Part shown: one piece after another, positions 1 through 10,275 of the stretch
Numbering within the stretch: position 1 is the first letter of the stretch
Layout of the letters: the number at the start of each line of letters is the position of its first letter
Source: Rickettsiales bacterium
GTDB lineage: Bacteria > Pseudomonadota > Alphaproteobacteria > Rs-D84
Assembly (NCBI GenBank): GCA_031283185.1
Contig: JAITCH010000003.1
Location: 39,900-103,899, forward strand
DNA length: 64,000 nucleotides
Direction of reading: 5' to 3'
Notes under the pieces: generated by a model
What the model saw: only the letters and a program-made list of their open reading frames with translations
Databases searched by the model: none
Told to the model about the DNA's origin: nothing
Made by a program: the position numbers and the translations under genes

Positions 1-117
1 AAGGGACATATTCCAGTGTCGCGCACTGGTGTTCCGGCGAAGGGTTATAGAACAAGAAAGAATAAAAGGACGCAGAGGATGATTATTCGTTCGCGTCATT
101 TGGCAAAGAAGAGATAA
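1..117 (+). CDS. rplB: 50S ribosomal protein L2, C-terminal fragment (5' end outside window)
   Basis: Frame 1 reads KGHIPVSRTGVPAKGYRTRKNKRTQRMIIRSRHLAKKR*, the conserved L2 C-terminus; directly upstream of rpsS as in S10 operons. Confidence 0.85.
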   Translation, partial: KGHIPVSRTGVPAKGYRTRKNKRTQRMIIRSRHLAKKR

Positions 118-128
118 GGGGTTAAATT

Positions 129-422
129 ATGGCAAGATCAACATGGAAAGGACCTTTTGTTCATCCGTCTGTTTTGAAAAAGGCGGCCAAAGCGAACGAA
201 GCGAATGATCGCAAGCCGATACGGACTTGGGCTCGGGGATCGACCATTATTCCGATGATGGTGGGTCTTACATTCGAGGTTCATAATGGGCAGAAACATA
301 TTCCGGTTTCTATTGTCGAGGATATGATTGGCCATAAATTGGGCGAATTCGCACCGACTCGGATATTCCGTGGGCACGCGGCGAATAAAAAGGCAACGAC
401 TGATACTAAGGGTAAGAAATAA
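129..422 (+). CDS. rpsS: 30S ribosomal protein S19
   Basis: 97 aa, [11 protein letters not shown]...HNGQKHIPV typical S19; operon position. Confidence 0.97.
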   Translation: MARSTWKGPFVHPSVLKKAAKANEANDRKPIRTWARGSTIIPMMVGLTFEVHNGQKHIPVSIVEDMIGHKLGEFAPTRIFRGHAANKKATTDTKGKK

Positions 423-823
423 TGTCGAAAAGATATGGATTAAGTGATAGTCAAGTTAGGGTGTTTAATCGCCTTATACGGACAAGCGCGCAGAAATTGA
501 ATTTGATTGCGGCTCAGATACGGGGCTTGCCTGTTGGCAAGGCGATAGAGGTTATGACATTCTCTAAAAAGCGCGCGGCGATTGATGTGAAAAAATCGTT
601 GTTGTCCGGCGTGGCGAATGCGGAGAATAATCAAAAGTTAAAGGCGGATACATTGATTGTGTCCGAGGCTTGGGTTGGCAAAGCGATAACGATGAAGCGT
701 ATATTTCCTGGCAAACAGGGCTCTGCGCGTCCGATATTGAAAAAGTTTTCAAGTATAACGATAGTGTTGGAATCGGCTGCACCGAAAGAAACGCCGAAGA
801 AAGATAAGAAAGAGGGGAAATAA
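422..823 (+). CDS. rplV: 50S ribosomal protein L22
   Basis: 133 aa; ATG overlaps rpsS stop; L22-like core with Lys-rich C-terminal tail; operon position. Confidence 0.95.
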   Translation: MSKRYGLSDSQVRVFNRLIRTSAQKLNLIAAQIRGLPVGKAIEVMTFSKKRAAIDVKKSLLSGVANAENNQKLKADTLIVSEAWVGKAITMKRIFPGKQGSARPILKKFSSITIVLESAAPKETPKKDKKEGK

Positions 824-824
824 T

Positions 825-1550
825 ATGGGTCAGAAAGTATCTCCGATAGCGAATCGTCTTATGATAAATAAGACATCGGATTCCCGGTGGACGGCGTCTA
901 AAAAGACATATGCTGGATTGTTGATTGAAGATCACAAAATCCGCACATTCTTGGAAAAGAAATTGGACAAGGCGGGTCTTGCAAAGGTTGTCATTGAAAG
1001 ATTGGCGCGGAAATTGGTTATAACCGTCCATAGTTCGCGTCCTGGAATTATCATTGGCAAGAACGGCGCGGATATAGAGGCTTTGCGGAATGACATTAAA
1101 AAGTTGGTAAAGAACGATAATGTTATATTGAATATTGTAGAGGTTCGCAAGGCTGATATAAATGCGCGTCTTGTGGCGAAATCGATTGCCCAGCAGATAG
1201 AGGGTCGTGTTTCGTTCAAGCGGGCGATGAAGAAAGCGATGCAGAACGCGGAAAAATCGGGCGCACAGGGCATAAAGATTACTTGCAGCGGACGGCTGAA
1301 TGGCGCGGAAATTGCGCGCGATGAATCGATGAGAGAGGGGCGGATACCGCTTCATACGCTTCGCGCGGACATTGATTATGCGTCAGTGCAGGCCAAGACG
1401 ACATATGGTGTTATTGGTGTAAAGGTTTGGGTTTATACGGGCGATGTTGTGAACGAAGAAAAGTTGGTGCGTGAAATGTCCGCGCCGAAAGAATTTGCGG
1501 CGACTGCGACTTCGGAACGCCGCGCTCCGAGAAATAAAGAGGTTAGATAA
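825..1550 (+). CDS. rpsC: 30S ribosomal protein S3
   Basis: 241 aa; MGQKVSPI N-terminus, KH domain, [10 protein letters not shown] motif. Confidence 0.97.
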   Translation: MGQKVSPIANRLMINKTSDSRWTASKKTYAGLLIEDHKIRTFLEKKLDKAGLAKVVIERLARKLVITVHSSRPGIIIGKNGADIEALRNDIKKLVKNDNVILNIVEVRKADINARLVAKSIAQQIEGRVSFKRAMKKAMQNAEKSGAQGIKITCSGRLNGAEIARDESMREGRIPLHTLRADIDYASVQAKTTYGVIGVKVWVYTGDVVNEEKLVREMSAPKEFAATATSERRAPRNKEVR

Positions 1551-1963
1551 TGTTGATGCCGAACAAGACAAAATTCCGCAAGCAGCATAAGGGACGCATT
1601 CATGGCGTAGCCAAGGGCGGCAGCGAATTGGCATTTGGATCTTTTGGTCTGAAAGCGCAAAGTGCGGAACGCGTTACTGCGAGACAGATAGAGGCTGCGC
1701 GCCGCGCGATTTCGCGCCATATGAAGCGCATTGGTCGTCTTTGGATTCGCATATTTCCTGATGTTCCTGTTACCAAAAAACCGGCGGAAGTTCGTATGGG
1801 TAAGGGTAAAGGAGCGGTTGAGTATTGGTGTGTGCGTATAAAGCCGGGACGGATTATGTTTGAGTTGGACGGCGTATCGCAGACGATTGCGGAAGAGGCG
1901 TTTGCGCTGGCTTCGGCGAAATTGCCGGTCAAGACCAAAGTTGTAACGCGGCATGTGAATTAA
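1550..1963 (+). CDS. rplP: 50S ribosomal protein L16
   Basis: 137 aa; [16 protein letters not shown] canonical L16 start. Confidence 0.97.
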   Translation: MLMPNKTKFRKQHKGRIHGVAKGGSELAFGSFGLKAQSAERVTARQIEAARRAISRHMKRIGRLWIRIFPDVPVTKKPAEVRMGKGKGAVEYWCVRIKPGRIMFELDGVSQTIAEEAFALASAKLPVKTKVVTRHVN

Positions 1964-1975
1964 GGGAAGAATAAA

Positions 1976-2194
1976 ATGGCAAAGAAAGAAACGAATAAGA
2001 CTGAAAAACTTGACTTGGCGGCATTGGGCAGCAAGCTGACCGAGTTGAAGAAAGAGCAGATGAATCTCAGGTTCCAAAAGACTGCTGGTCAGTTGGCTGG
2101 GACGCATTTGATCAGGAAGACGCGCCGCGACATTGCGCGTGCTGCGACAGAAATCTCCGCTATAAAGAAAGCGGCTAAGAAAGGGGGCAAATAA
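1976..2194 (+). CDS. rpmC: 50S ribosomal protein L29
   Basis: 72 aa; [10 protein letters not shown] motif; operon position. Confidence 0.93.
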   Translation: MAKKETNKTEKLDLAALGSKLTELKKEQMNLRFQKTAGQLAGTHLIRKTRRDIARAATEISAIKKAAKKGGK

Positions 2195-2466
2195 TGCCGA
2201 AAAGAATACTTAACGGAAATGTTATCAGCGCGAATATGGACAAAACCGTTGTGGTTAATGTTGACCGCCGTTTCCGTCATCCGCTTTATAAAAAGTTTGT
2301 AAAGCAGAGCAAAAAGTATAAAGCGCATGACGAGACCAATCAGTATAAGGTTGGCGATGTTGTGGAGATTTGCGAAAACCGCCCGATTTCCAAGACGAAA
2401 AGTTGGGTTGTAGTGGGCTTGGTTGGCAAACGGCAGGATAATTCTGTTGCCGGCGATGCGGAATAA
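2194..2466 (+). CDS. rpsQ: 30S ribosomal protein S17
   Basis: 90 aa; [16 protein letters not shown] motif; start overlaps rpmC stop. Confidence 0.95.
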   Translation: MPKRILNGNVISANMDKTVVVNVDRRFRHPLYKKFVKQSKKYKAHDETNQYKVGDVVEICENRPISKTKSWVVVGLVGKRQDNSVAGDAE

Positions 2467-2484
2467 CATAGGGGAATTGGGATT

Positions 2485-2859
2485 ATGATTCAGACAGAAA
2501 CGATATTGAATGTTGCGGATAATAGCGGCGCGAAAAAGGCGCAGTGCATAAAGGTCTTGGGTGGATCGCACCGCCGTTATGCGACCGTCGGCGACAAGAT
2601 AGTGTTGGCGATAAAGGAAGCGATTCCCAGAGGCAAAGTGCAAAAGGGAACCGTTCAGCGCGGGATAATTGTCCGTGTGAAGTATGATGTGAAACGCCCG
2701 GATGGATCTGTTATTAGGTTTGATGACAATGCGGTTGTGTTGATTAACAAAGGAAATTTCGAGCCGATTGGAACTCGTATATTCGGACCTGTGGCTCGTG
2801 AAACCAGAAACAAATATGATGTGCAAAAGATAATGTCGCTTGCGCCGGAGGTTATATAA
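2485..2859 (+). CDS. rplN: 50S ribosomal protein L14
   Basis: 124 aa; [17 protein letters not shown] canonical L14. Confidence 0.98.
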   Translation: MIQTETILNVADNSGAKKAQCIKVLGGSHRRYATVGDKIVLAIKEAIPRGKVQKGTVQRGIIVRVKYDVKRPDGSVIRFDDNAVVLINKGNFEPIGTRIFGPVARETRNKYDVQKIMSLAPEVI

Positions 2860-3161
2860 TGAAAATTAAGAAAAACGATGAAGTCGTAGTGATTTCGGGA
2901 AAGTATAAAGGGGTCAAGGGTAAAGTCTTGACGGCGATACCTGATGCGTGCCGCGTTATAGTGGCGGGCGTGAACCGGGTGAAAAAGCATATAAAGCCCA
3001 GCCAGGACAAACCTGGCCGGATAGAGGATGTAGAGCGTTCAATTCATGTATCTAATGTAGCGTTGGTTGATCCGAAAACGAAGAAACCGACCCGGGTTGG
3101 ATATAAAGTTGCGAATGGCAAAAAGGTTCGGATTGCGAAAAAATCCGGCGCGGAAGTTTAA
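2859..3161 (+). CDS. rplX: 50S ribosomal protein L24
   Basis: 100 aa; KOW motif [20 protein letters not shown]. Confidence 0.95.
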   Translation: MKIKKNDEVVVISGKYKGVKGKVLTAIPDACRVIVAGVNRVKKHIKPSQDKPGRIEDVERSIHVSNVALVDPKTKKPTRVGYKVANGKKVRIAKKSGAEV

Positions 3162-3176
3162 TAGGAGTATTAAAGA

Positions 3177-3746
3177 ATGGCAAAAACGGCAAATGTGGCA
3201 AATATAAATCGCCTCAGAAAAATTTACAAGGACAAGATAGTCCCGGAATTAAAAAAGGAATTCGGCTATAAGAATGATATGGCTGTTCCTCGTCTGACTA
3301 AGATTGTCCTTAATATGGGTGTTGGTGCGGCGGTATCGGACAAGAAAAAGTTGGATGCGGCGTTTGCCGATTTGACTGCGATTTCTGGGCAGAAACCTTT
3401 GATAACGAATGCTAAAAAATCCATTGCGACATATAGATTGCGCCAGGGTCAGCCGATTGGCGTCAAGGTTGATTTGCGCGGAACTCGTATGTATGACTTT
3501 TTGGACAAATTGATTATGGTCGCGTTGCCACGGATCAAGGACTTTCAGGGCTTGTCCAAATCAAAGTTTGACGGGAATGGAAATTATGCGTTTGGTATAA
3601 AAGAACATTTGATTTTCCCGGAAATTGACTTTGATAAAATGGATTCGGTGCGCGGAATGGATATAGTGATTGGGACGACTGCCAAGACTGATGCCGAGGC
3701 ATTGTCGTTGCTGTCTAAATTTAATCTGCCACTGGTATTGAAATAA
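3177..3746 (+). CDS. rplE: 50S ribosomal protein L5
   Basis: 189 aa; L5 N- and C-terminal domains; operon position. Confidence 0.96.
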   Translation: MAKTANVANINRLRKIYKDKIVPELKKEFGYKNDMAVPRLTKIVLNMGVGAAVSDKKKLDAAFADLTAISGQKPLITNAKKSIATYRLRQGQPIGVKVDLRGTRMYDFLDKLIMVALPRIKDFQGLSKSKFDGNGNYAFGIKEHLIFPEIDFDKMDSVRGMDIVIGTTAKTDAEALSLLSKFNLPLVLK

Positions 3747-3761
3747 TAAAGGAAGAATAAA

Positions 3762-4064
3762 ATGGCGAAAACATCGTTGGGCGAAAAGCAGAAGAAACGC
3801 GAAAAGATGGTGGCTCGGTTTGCTAAAAAGCGTGCTGAGTTAAAATCTAAAATGTCGGTTAGTTCATCGCCCGAAGAAAGAATTGATGCGATGAAAAAGT
3901 TGGCGAAATTGCCGCGTAATTCGGCAAAGGTTCGTCTGCATAATCGTTGTGCTATAACGGGGCGCGCGCGCGGATTCTTGCGTATGTTCGGGCTGTGCCG
4001 CCAGCAGGTTCGGACTTTGGCGTCCGAAGGGAAATTGCCGGGTGTTCGCAAGTCCAGCTGGTAA
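3762..4064 (+). CDS. rpsN: 30S ribosomal protein S14 (long form)
   Basis: 100 aa ending LPGVRKSSW. Confidence 0.95.
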   Translation: MAKTSLGEKQKKREKMVARFAKKRAELKSKMSVSSSPEERIDAMKKLAKLPRNSAKVRLHNRCAITGRARGFLRMFGLCRQQVRTLASEGKLPGVRKSSW

Positions 4065-4093
4065 AAAACGGAATTTAATCTAAGGGGTAAAAA

Positions 4094-4492
4094 ATGTCTT
4101 TCACACATCCTATTGGCGATATGATAACTCGGATTCGCAATGCGCAAAGTGCGGGCAAAGAACAGGTTGCTATGCCTGCGTCCAATCTTCGCGCGAATGT
4201 TTTGTCCGTATTAAAGGACGAAGGGTATATAGACGGCTTTCGTGTCAAGAAATTGACTGATGCCAAGTCGGAATTGGTTGTTGATCTTAAATACATAGAC
4301 GGGCAGGGGGCGATACAGGATGTTCGGATTGTGTCGAAACCTGGACGCCGCGTGTATTCCAAATCTACGAAACTGCCAAAAGTTTTGAATGGTTTGGGTG
4401 TGGTTGTTGTTTCGACACCAAAGGGTGTTATGGCGGATTATAAAGCGCGGACGATGAACCTTGGCGGCGAAGTCTTGTGTCAGATTATATAA
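4094..4492 (+). CDS. rpsH: 30S ribosomal protein S8
   Basis: 132 aa; PIGDMITRIRNA motif. Confidence 0.97.
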   Translation: MSFTHPIGDMITRIRNAQSAGKEQVAMPASNLRANVLSVLKDEGYIDGFRVKKLTDAKSELVVDLKYIDGQGAIQDVRIVSKPGRRVYSKSTKLPKVLNGLGVVVVSTPKGVMADYKARTMNLGGEVLCQII

Positions 4493-4508
4493 AAGAGGGC
4501 GGTGTAAA

Positions 4509-5057
4509 ATGTCAAGAGCAGGTAAATATCCAGTTATAATTCCGACCGGGGTTTCTGTTTCCCGGGAAGGGGATAAAATTGTGGTCAAGGGTCCAAAAGG
4601 GACGAATGAAGTCAACTTAGCGACTAAGAATGCCGGGTTGGTAAAGATTGAAATTGCGGACGGCAAAGTTTCTGTGAATCCGATTGATGCGGATGACAAA
4701 GACAGCCGTGCTATGTGGGGCGCGATGACGCGGAATATCAAATCTGCTGTGGAAGGTGTCAGCACTGGCTGGACGAAAGAGATGGGAATGAAGGGCGTCG
4801 GGTTCAAGGCGCAGGTAAAGGGTAAAGATTTAGTGTTGGTTGCTGGCTATTCGCATGATGTTATTATTCCGATTCCGGCGGGATTAAGTGTGGATATTGT
4901 TGCACCGACAGAATTCACGATAAAGGGCATAGATAAACACGCTGTTGGTCAGTTTGCGGATCAGGTGCGGAAAGTTAGAAAGCCGGAACCATATAAGGGC
5001 AAGGGCATATTCTATAAGAGCGAAACGATCCGCCGTAAAGAAGGCAAGAAGAAATAA
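4509..5057 (+). CDS. rplF: 50S ribosomal protein L6
   Basis: 182 aa from ATG 4509 (MSRAGKYPV); the longer ORF from 4461 overlaps rpsH and is rejected. Confidence 0.93.
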   Translation: MSRAGKYPVIIPTGVSVSREGDKIVVKGPKGTNEVNLATKNAGLVKIEIADGKVSVNPIDADDKDSRAMWGAMTRNIKSAVEGVSTGWTKEMGMKGVGFKAQVKGKDLVLVAGYSHDVIIPIPAGLSVDIVAPTEFTIKGIDKHAVGQFADQVRKVRKPEPYKGKGIFYKSETIRRKEGKKK

Positions 5058-5072
5058 TAAAGGAATACTAAG

Positions 5073-5426
5073 ATGAAGTTGCATTTAGATAATTTTTCGC
5101 GGAGATTGAAACGGAATCGTTTTGCGGCGAAAAGCAAGAATTACGGCAAGATTCGCTTGTCGGTTCATCGGACTGGTCGGCACATATATATCCAGGCGAT
5201 TGATGATGTTGCTGGTCGGACTCTGACGGCGGCGTCTTCGTTGGACAAGGGGTTTAAGGGCAAGGGCTGGTCGGTAGCGGGCGCGACATTGGTTGGCGCG
5301 GCGTTTGCGAAAAAGGCAAAGGAAATGAAGTTAAAGGATGTGTATTTTGATCGCGGCGCGTATAAGTATCATGGCCGGGTCAAGGCTTTGGCGGACGCTG
5401 TGCGCGAGGGCGGATTAAAATTCTAA
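5073..5426 (+). CDS. rplR: 50S ribosomal protein L18
   Basis: 117 aa; RLSVHRTGRHIYIQAIDD motif. Confidence 0.95.
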   Translation: MKLHLDNFSRRLKRNRFAAKSKNYGKIRLSVHRTGRHIYIQAIDDVAGRTLTAASSLDKGFKGKGWSVAGATLVGAAFAKKAKEMKLKDVYFDRGAYKYHGRVKALADAVREGGLKF

Positions 5427-5443
5427 AATAAGGGAAGTTGAAA

Positions 5444-5998
5444 ATGGCAAGAATGAATGCTGGTAATTTACAGACGGATAATCTGACGGACAAATTGGTT
5501 CATATAAACCGGGTGTCTAAAACTGTTAAGGGCGGTAAGAACTTTTCGTTCTCTGCGCTGGTGGTAGTCGGGGACAAGGCGGGCAAAGTTGGATTTGGTT
5601 TGGGCAAGGCGACCGAAATACAGGCGGCCGTGCAAAAAGCGACCAAGGCTGCGAAGAGGACGATGATTTCTGTTCCGTTGAAAGAAAGCAGAACATTGCA
5701 CCATGATATGACGGCCAAATTCGGATCGGGACAAGTTATTATTCGTTCGGCCGCGCAGGGAACTGGGATTATTGCGGGCGGCGCATTGCGTTCGGTGTTT
5801 GAATGCTTGGGCGTGCAGGATGTTGTATCCAAGTCCAAGGGTTCGAACAATCCATATAATGTGGTTCGTGCGGCGTTTGCGGCATTTGGCGGAATGAATT
5901 CGCCGAAGACCGTTGCGGCTCGTCGTGGCAAGCCTGTTACGGAAATCATTGCGGCGCGCGATGGCAAGCCGGTGAAAGAAGTTGCGGTAGAGGAATAA
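5444..5998 (+). CDS. rpsE: 30S ribosomal protein S5
   Basis: [15 protein letters not shown] motif; ATG 5444 preferred over TTG 5438. Confidence 0.95.
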   Translation: MARMNAGNLQTDNLTDKLVHINRVSKTVKGGKNFSFSALVVVGDKAGKVGFGLGKATEIQAAVQKATKAAKRTMISVPLKESRTLHHDMTAKFGSGQVIIRSAAQGTGIIAGGALRSVFECLGVQDVVSKSKGSNNPYNVVRAAFAAFGGMNSPKTVAARRGKPVTEIIAARDGKPVKEVAVEE

Positions 5999-6009
5999 TG
6001 GGGGACAAA

Positions 6010-6186
6010 ATGGCGAATATAAAAGTTAAACAGGTTAAAAGTTCTATTGGCGTGCGCGAAACGCAGATAAAGGTTTTGCGTGCATTGGGTCTTGGAAAAT
6101 TGGGCAAGTCCAAGGAATTGCCCGCGACTGATTCTGTTTTGGGAATGGTTGCAAAGGTAAAACATCTTATTAAAGTAGAGGGATAA
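6010..6186 (+). CDS. rpmD: 50S ribosomal protein L30
   Basis: MANIKVKQVKSSIG typical L30; alternative start at 5998. Confidence 0.9.
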   Translation: MANIKVKQVKSSIGVRETQIKVLRALGLGKLGKSKELPATDSVLGMVAKVKHLIKVEG

Positions 6187-6189
6187 AAA

Positions 6190-6795
6190 ATGGTTCAATT
6201 AAATACATTGTTTGATAAAGAAGGCGCGCGTCCGTCCAAAAAACGGGTTGGCCGCGGATTGGGTTCGGGTAAGGGTAAAACGGCGGGTCGCGGAACAAAG
6301 GGTCAAAAGGCCAGAACGGGAACTTCGGGCGTTCGGACATTTGAAGGTGGACAGACACCGCTGTATCGCCGTCTTGCGAAAGTTGGCTTTTTCAATATCT
6401 TTGCGAAAAAATTTACAGAGATGAACATCGGCAAGATTGAAAAGGCGATAGAGGGCAAAAGATTGAATGCGGACAAAATCATTGATCTTGCTGCATTAAA
6501 GGCGGCGCGATTGATTACCAAGGCCGAGGGTCAGTTAAAAATTTTGGGCGAGGGTAAATTGTCCAAAGCGGTAAAGATAGAGGCTGCGAAATGGTCGAAA
6601 TCGGCCGAAGCGGCGATTGCCAAGGCGGGCGGATCGATAGTTGCCCCGGGCAAGAAAAAGGAATCTGCGGCGAAGGTGGAAAAGGAAGAGAGCGCGCCGA
6701 AGAAAGAAAAGCCAGCCGCGAAAAAACCGGCCAAGGCTAAAACCGAAAAGCCGGCGGCCAAAAAACCGGCAAAGAAAAAAACGGAGAAAAAATAA
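6190..6795 (+). CDS. rplO: 50S ribosomal protein L15 with long Lys/Ala/Pro-rich C-terminal tail
   Basis: 201 aa; GRGLGSGKGKTAGRGTKGQ core; tail KKPAKAKTEKPAAKKPAKKKTEKK. Confidence 0.95.
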   Translation: MVQLNTLFDKEGARPSKKRVGRGLGSGKGKTAGRGTKGQKARTGTSGVRTFEGGQTPLYRRLAKVGFFNIFAKKFTEMNIGKIEKAIEGKRLNADKIIDLAALKAARLITKAEGQLKILGEGKLSKAVKIEAAKWSKSAEAAIAKAGGSIVAPGKKKESAAKVEKEESAPKKEKPAAKKPAKAKTEKPAAKKPAKKKTEKK

Positions 6796-7001
6796 TGTCA
6801 ACAGCAACAGTGTTTGAAATTGAAAATAATCCAATAACGGGTTTCAGTGTCAAGTATCCAGGCGAGGCTTCTGATAAAAGGCGGGCAGAAAAATATCATA
6901 TAAATGAAAAGAGAATTAAGGGGCGTCCAATGGACGACAACGATGTTAAGAAACTCCGCGATAAGTTTGTTAAAGGAAAAGCGAGCCAGCACAACAGATG
7001 A
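6795..7001 (+). CDS. small basic hypothetical protein wedged between rplO and secY
   Basis: 68 aa ORF; ATG overlaps rplO stop (TAATG) and stop overlaps secY ATG (ATGA); no recognisable family. Confidence 0.55.
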   Translation: MSTATVFEIENNPITGFSVKYPGEASDKRRAEKYHINEKRIKGRPMDDNDVKKLRDKFVKGKASQHNR

Positions 7002-8320
7002 AATTATTCGGCGATATTTTTGGCAAGATGTCTGATTTGCAAAAGCGTATAGTATTTACGCTTGTTGCTTTGCTTGTCTATCGCATAGGAACTTTCATTC
7101 CACTGCCGGGGGTTAATGCCTCGGCAGTGCTTCATTTTTTCCAGGGTGATAATGGATTAATGGGAATGTTTGACGCGTTTTCGGGCGGCAGTCTTTCTCG
7201 TATGAGCATTATGGCCTTGAACATATTCCCATATATCTCGGCATCCATTGTTATTCAGTTGTTGACCGCAACCTCAAAGGGCTTGGCAGAGTTGCGTAAA
7301 GAAGGCGAGTCGGGCAGAATAAAGATTAATCAATATACTCGGTATTTGGCTGTCGCGCTTTGCGCGGTGCAGGCTTGGGCGGTGGCAAGTGGTTTAGAGG
7401 CTATGGCCCCCGTTAATGGATATTACGCGGTTATGAATCCTGGACTTGGGTTCAAGATTTCAACCTGTATAACATTGGTCGGCGGCACGGCGTTTATAAT
7501 GTGGCTGGCGGAACAGATTACGGCGCGCGGACTGGGGCAGGGCGCGTCATTGCTGATACTTGCGGGTATCGTGGCGGAATTGCCGAACGGCGTGGCCAAA
7601 TTATTGGAATTGGGCAGTGTTGGTCAGGTATCGCCGTTTATGATGCTGATGATTGTTGCGTTTATAGTTGGTATGATTGCTCTGATTGCATTTTTCGAGC
7701 AGGCTCAAAGACGGATACAGGTTTTATATCCGCGCCAGACTGCGGCGATTGGCGGCGCAGCGGCGCAGGCGAATAGTTCGTATCTGCCGATAAAGGTTAA
7801 TATGTCCGGCGTTATGGGCCCGGTGTTCGCATCGTCCATTATGATGTTGCCGGCATTTGTTGGCCGGTTCGCGCAAAGTGATAATCCGGTGGTTCAGAAC
7901 ATAATGGCATTTTTCACTTATGGAACTTGGTCTTATATTGCATTGTTCACATTGCTGATTGGATTCTTTGCATTCTTCCAAACAGCGGTGGTGTTTAATT
8001 CGGAAGAAACGGCCGAGAACTTGAAAAATAATGGCGGATATATTCCGGGCATTCGTCCTGGCGAACAGACGATGAAGTATTTGGATAGTTTGGTTTCACG
8101 CGTTACATGTATCGGGGTGTTGTATTTGATAACGGTGTGCGTGGTTCCGATAATTCTGAATGTTCGGTTTGGCGTTCCGATTGTGGTTGGCGGAACATCG
8201 GTTTTGATCGTGGCGGGTGTTGCATTGGACACGATGAATCAGATTCAATCATATATGATTGCAAAGCAGTATGCGAGTGTAATCAAGAAAGCGCAGCGCA
8301 GGGGTCGTTTCAGGGTGTAA
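6998..8320 (+). CDS. secY: preprotein translocase subunit SecY
   Basis: 440 aa polytopic membrane protein; N-terminal LLVYRIGTFIPLPGV motif. Confidence 0.97.
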   Translation: MKLFGDIFGKMSDLQKRIVFTLVALLVYRIGTFIPLPGVNASAVLHFFQGDNGLMGMFDAFSGGSLSRMSIMALNIFPYISASIVIQLLTATSKGLAELRKEGESGRIKINQYTRYLAVALCAVQAWAVASGLEAMAPVNGYYAVMNPGLGFKISTCITLVGGTAFIMWLAEQITARGLGQGASLLILAGIVAELPNGVAKLLELGSVGQVSPFMMLMIVAFIVGMIALIAFFEQAQRRIQVLYPRQTAAIGGAAAQANSSYLPIKVNMSGVMGPVFASSIMMLPAFVGRFAQSDNPVVQNIMAFFTYGTWSYIALFTLLIGFFAFFQTAVVFNSEETAENLKNNGGYIPGIRPGEQTMKYLDSLVSRVTCIGVLYLITVCVVPIILNVRFGVPIVVGGTSVLIVAGVALDTMNQIQSYMIAKQYASVIKKAQRRGRFRV

Positions 8321-8328
8321 GTATCCTG

Positions 8329-8356
8329 TTGACTTTTGGGTGCGTTGGGTTAGAAT
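8329..8356 (+). promoter_or_regulatory. candidate sigma70 promoter for rpsM-rpsK-rpoA
   Basis: TTGACT (8329-8334), 16-nt spacer, TAGAAT (8351-8356), 26 nt upstream of the rpsM GTG. Confidence 0.45.
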
Positions 8357-8382
8357 GCGGAAAATAAAAAAGGAGACGAATA

Positions 8383-8763
8383 GTGGCACGAATAGCAGGC
8401 GTTAACATACCGACAGAAAAGCGGGTTGAGATAAGTTTGACCTACATTTTCGGCATTGGACCGAAACGCGCGAAAGACATTTGCAAGGCGTTGGGCTTTG
8501 CGGATTCTTTGCGGACGAAAGATCTGACGGACGGGGATGTTATTAATATCAGAAATTATATAGAGCGACATTTCAAGGTAGAAGGCGATGTCCGTAAGGA
8601 AGTTGCGCTGAATATAAAGCGGTTGCAGGATACGAAATCGTATAGGGGTCTTCGTCATCGTAATCGCTTGCCGGTTCATGGACAGCGGACGCGGACGAAT
8701 GCTCGCACGCGTAAAGGAAATAAAAGGGTTGCAGTTGCAGGTGCGGCGACCAAGGGTAAATAA
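8383..8763 (+). CDS. rpsM: 30S ribosomal protein S13
   Basis: 126 aa; GTG start; [10 protein letters not shown] canonical. Confidence 0.96.
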   Translation: MARIAGVNIPTEKRVEISLTYIFGIGPKRAKDICKALGFADSLRTKDLTDGDVINIRNYIERHFKVEGDVRKEVALNIKRLQDTKSYRGLRHRNRLPVHGQRTRTNARTRKGNKRVAVAGAATKGK

Positions 8764-8778
8764 TAGGGGATAAAAGAT

Positions 8779-9162
8779 ATGGCGGTAAAATCGACAAAGA
8801 AGAAAGTTGTTCGCAAGGTCAATCACGCGATTGCTCATGTGTTGGCGACATTTAATAACACGCGGATAACGCTGACGGATGTATCTGGCGCAGTGTTGTG
8901 CTGGGGAACATCTGGGATGAGCGGGTTCAAAAGTGCGAAGAAATCGACACCTTACGCGGCGTCCATTGTTGCTGAAACATTGGCAAAAAAGGCTGCGGAA
9001 ATGGGTGTGCGGACGATTGATGTTCTGATGCGCGGCCCTGGCGGCGGACGGGAATCGGCGGTGCGCGGGCTTGGCGTTGCTGGTATCAGTGTAAATTCGA
9101 TAACGGATACGACACGGATTCCGCATAACGGATGCCGCCCGAAAAAAGTGCGTCGCGTTTAA
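8779..9162 (+). CDS. rpsK: 30S ribosomal protein S11
   Basis: 127 aa; HVLATFNNTRITLTD and RIPHNGCRPKKVRRV motifs. Confidence 0.96.
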   Translation: MAVKSTKKKVVRKVNHAIAHVLATFNNTRITLTDVSGAVLCWGTSGMSGFKSAKKSTPYAASIVAETLAKKAAEMGVRTIDVLMRGPGGGRESAVRGLGVAGISVNSITDTTRIPHNGCRPKKVRRV

Positions 9163-9170
9163 TTAATAAT

Positions 9171-9203
9171 GTCATTCCGTGGCTTGACCACGGAATCTTG
9201 CCG
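9171..9203. repeat. short palindromic element, family A (GTCATYCC-N-GGCTTGACC-N-GGRATCT)
   Basis: gtcattccgtggcttgaccacggaatcttgccg; near-identical copies at 37096, 38763, 41949, 50925, 56889. Confidence 0.85.
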
Positions 9204-9233
9204 AATTAAATTAAAAACAAAAGAGGACTAGGA

Positions 9234-10268
9234 ATGATTGAAAAAAACTGGAACGCGTTGAGCAAGCCGAAAAAGATAGAGATTAAAGTTGATGCAGATA
9301 ATCCGAATGTAGCGATATTGACGGCAAAGCCGCTGGAAAAGGGTTTTGGCCATACGATTGGGACGGCGTTAAGACGGATATTGTTGTCGTCGTTGCAGGG
9401 TTGCGCGCCGCAGGCGATAAAGATTGACGGGGTTCAGCATGAATTTTCGTCTATTCCCGGGGTAAAGGAAGATGTGCCGGATATAATTCTTAATCTGAAA
9501 AATGTGTATTTCCAATCGGATTCCGAAGGGCAGTTAAAGGCGACTATAAAGGCCAAGGGCCCGGTTATGATTACCAGTGGTATGATAGATTGCCCGAATG
9601 GTCTGAAAGTTGTGAACGAGGATGTTGTTCTGTGTAATTTGGCCGAGGGTGCGACATTGAATATGGAAATAACATTGGGTCAGGGCAAGGGCTATGTTCC
9701 TGCGGATCAGAATGCGTCCGAGGGCGCGCCGCTTGGAACGATTGCTGTGGATTCGATATATTCACCGATTCTGAATGTTGGAATTGATGTATCGGAAACG
9801 CGCGTGGGTCAAAGGGTTGATTTTGATCAGTTGATATTGACTGTTAAGACGAACGGGACGATCTCGCCGGAAGACGCGGTTGCATATGCGGCGCGGATTA
9901 TGGTGGATCAGATGAATCCGTTTATTAATTTCGAGGATGTTGCGGCGACCATTGCAGAGGATACTGAGAAAAAGGATCTTATTGCGAGCCTGCCGTTCAA
10001 TCCGAAGTTGTTGAAACATGTTGAAGAATTGGAGTTGTCAGTCCGCGCGAATAATTGCTTGAAGAACGATCATATCAATTATATCGGTGAACTGGTGCAA
10101 AAGTCAGAGAATGATATGTTGAAAACTCCGAACTTTGGAAGAAAATCTTTGAACGAGATAAAGACGCAGCTTGAAACGATGGGTCTGGGCTTTGGTATGA
10201 ATGTGCCTGGCTGGCCACCCGAGAACATTGCCGAACTATCTCGCAAGTTCGAGAATCCGTATAAGTAA
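9234..10268 (+). CDS. rpoA: DNA-directed RNA polymerase subunit alpha
   Basis: 344 aa; NTD motif GFGHTIGTALRRILLSS, VQHEFSSIPGVKEDV; CTD LELSVRANNCLKN. Confidence 0.97.
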   Translation: MIEKNWNALSKPKKIEIKVDADNPNVAILTAKPLEKGFGHTIGTALRRILLSSLQGCAPQAIKIDGVQHEFSSIPGVKEDVPDIILNLKNVYFQSDSEGQLKATIKAKGPVMITSGMIDCPNGLKVVNEDVVLCNLAEGATLNMEITLGQGKGYVPADQNASEGAPLGTIAVDSIYSPILNVGIDVSETRVGQRVDFDQLILTVKTNGTISPEDAVAYAARIMVDQMNPFINFEDVAATIAEDTEKKDLIASLPFNPKLLKHVEELELSVRANNCLKNDHINYIGELVQKSENDMLKTPNFGRKSLNEIKTQLETMGLGFGMNVPGWPPENIAELSRKFENPYK

Positions 10269-10275
10269 TAAAAAA

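Noticed and set aside
564-9126. Long antisense or alternative-frame ORFs across the ribosomal operon (for example 564-1355 -, 1433-2107 -, 2089-2826 -, 3584-4147 -, 4211-4807 -, 5500-6198 -, 8350-9126 -, 6212-6424 +)
   Set aside because: Every one overlaps a confidently identified r-protein, secY or rpoA gene on the other strand or frame. Their translations are low-complexity (Arg/Phe/Asn-rich) with no motifs. They are typical shadow ORFs.
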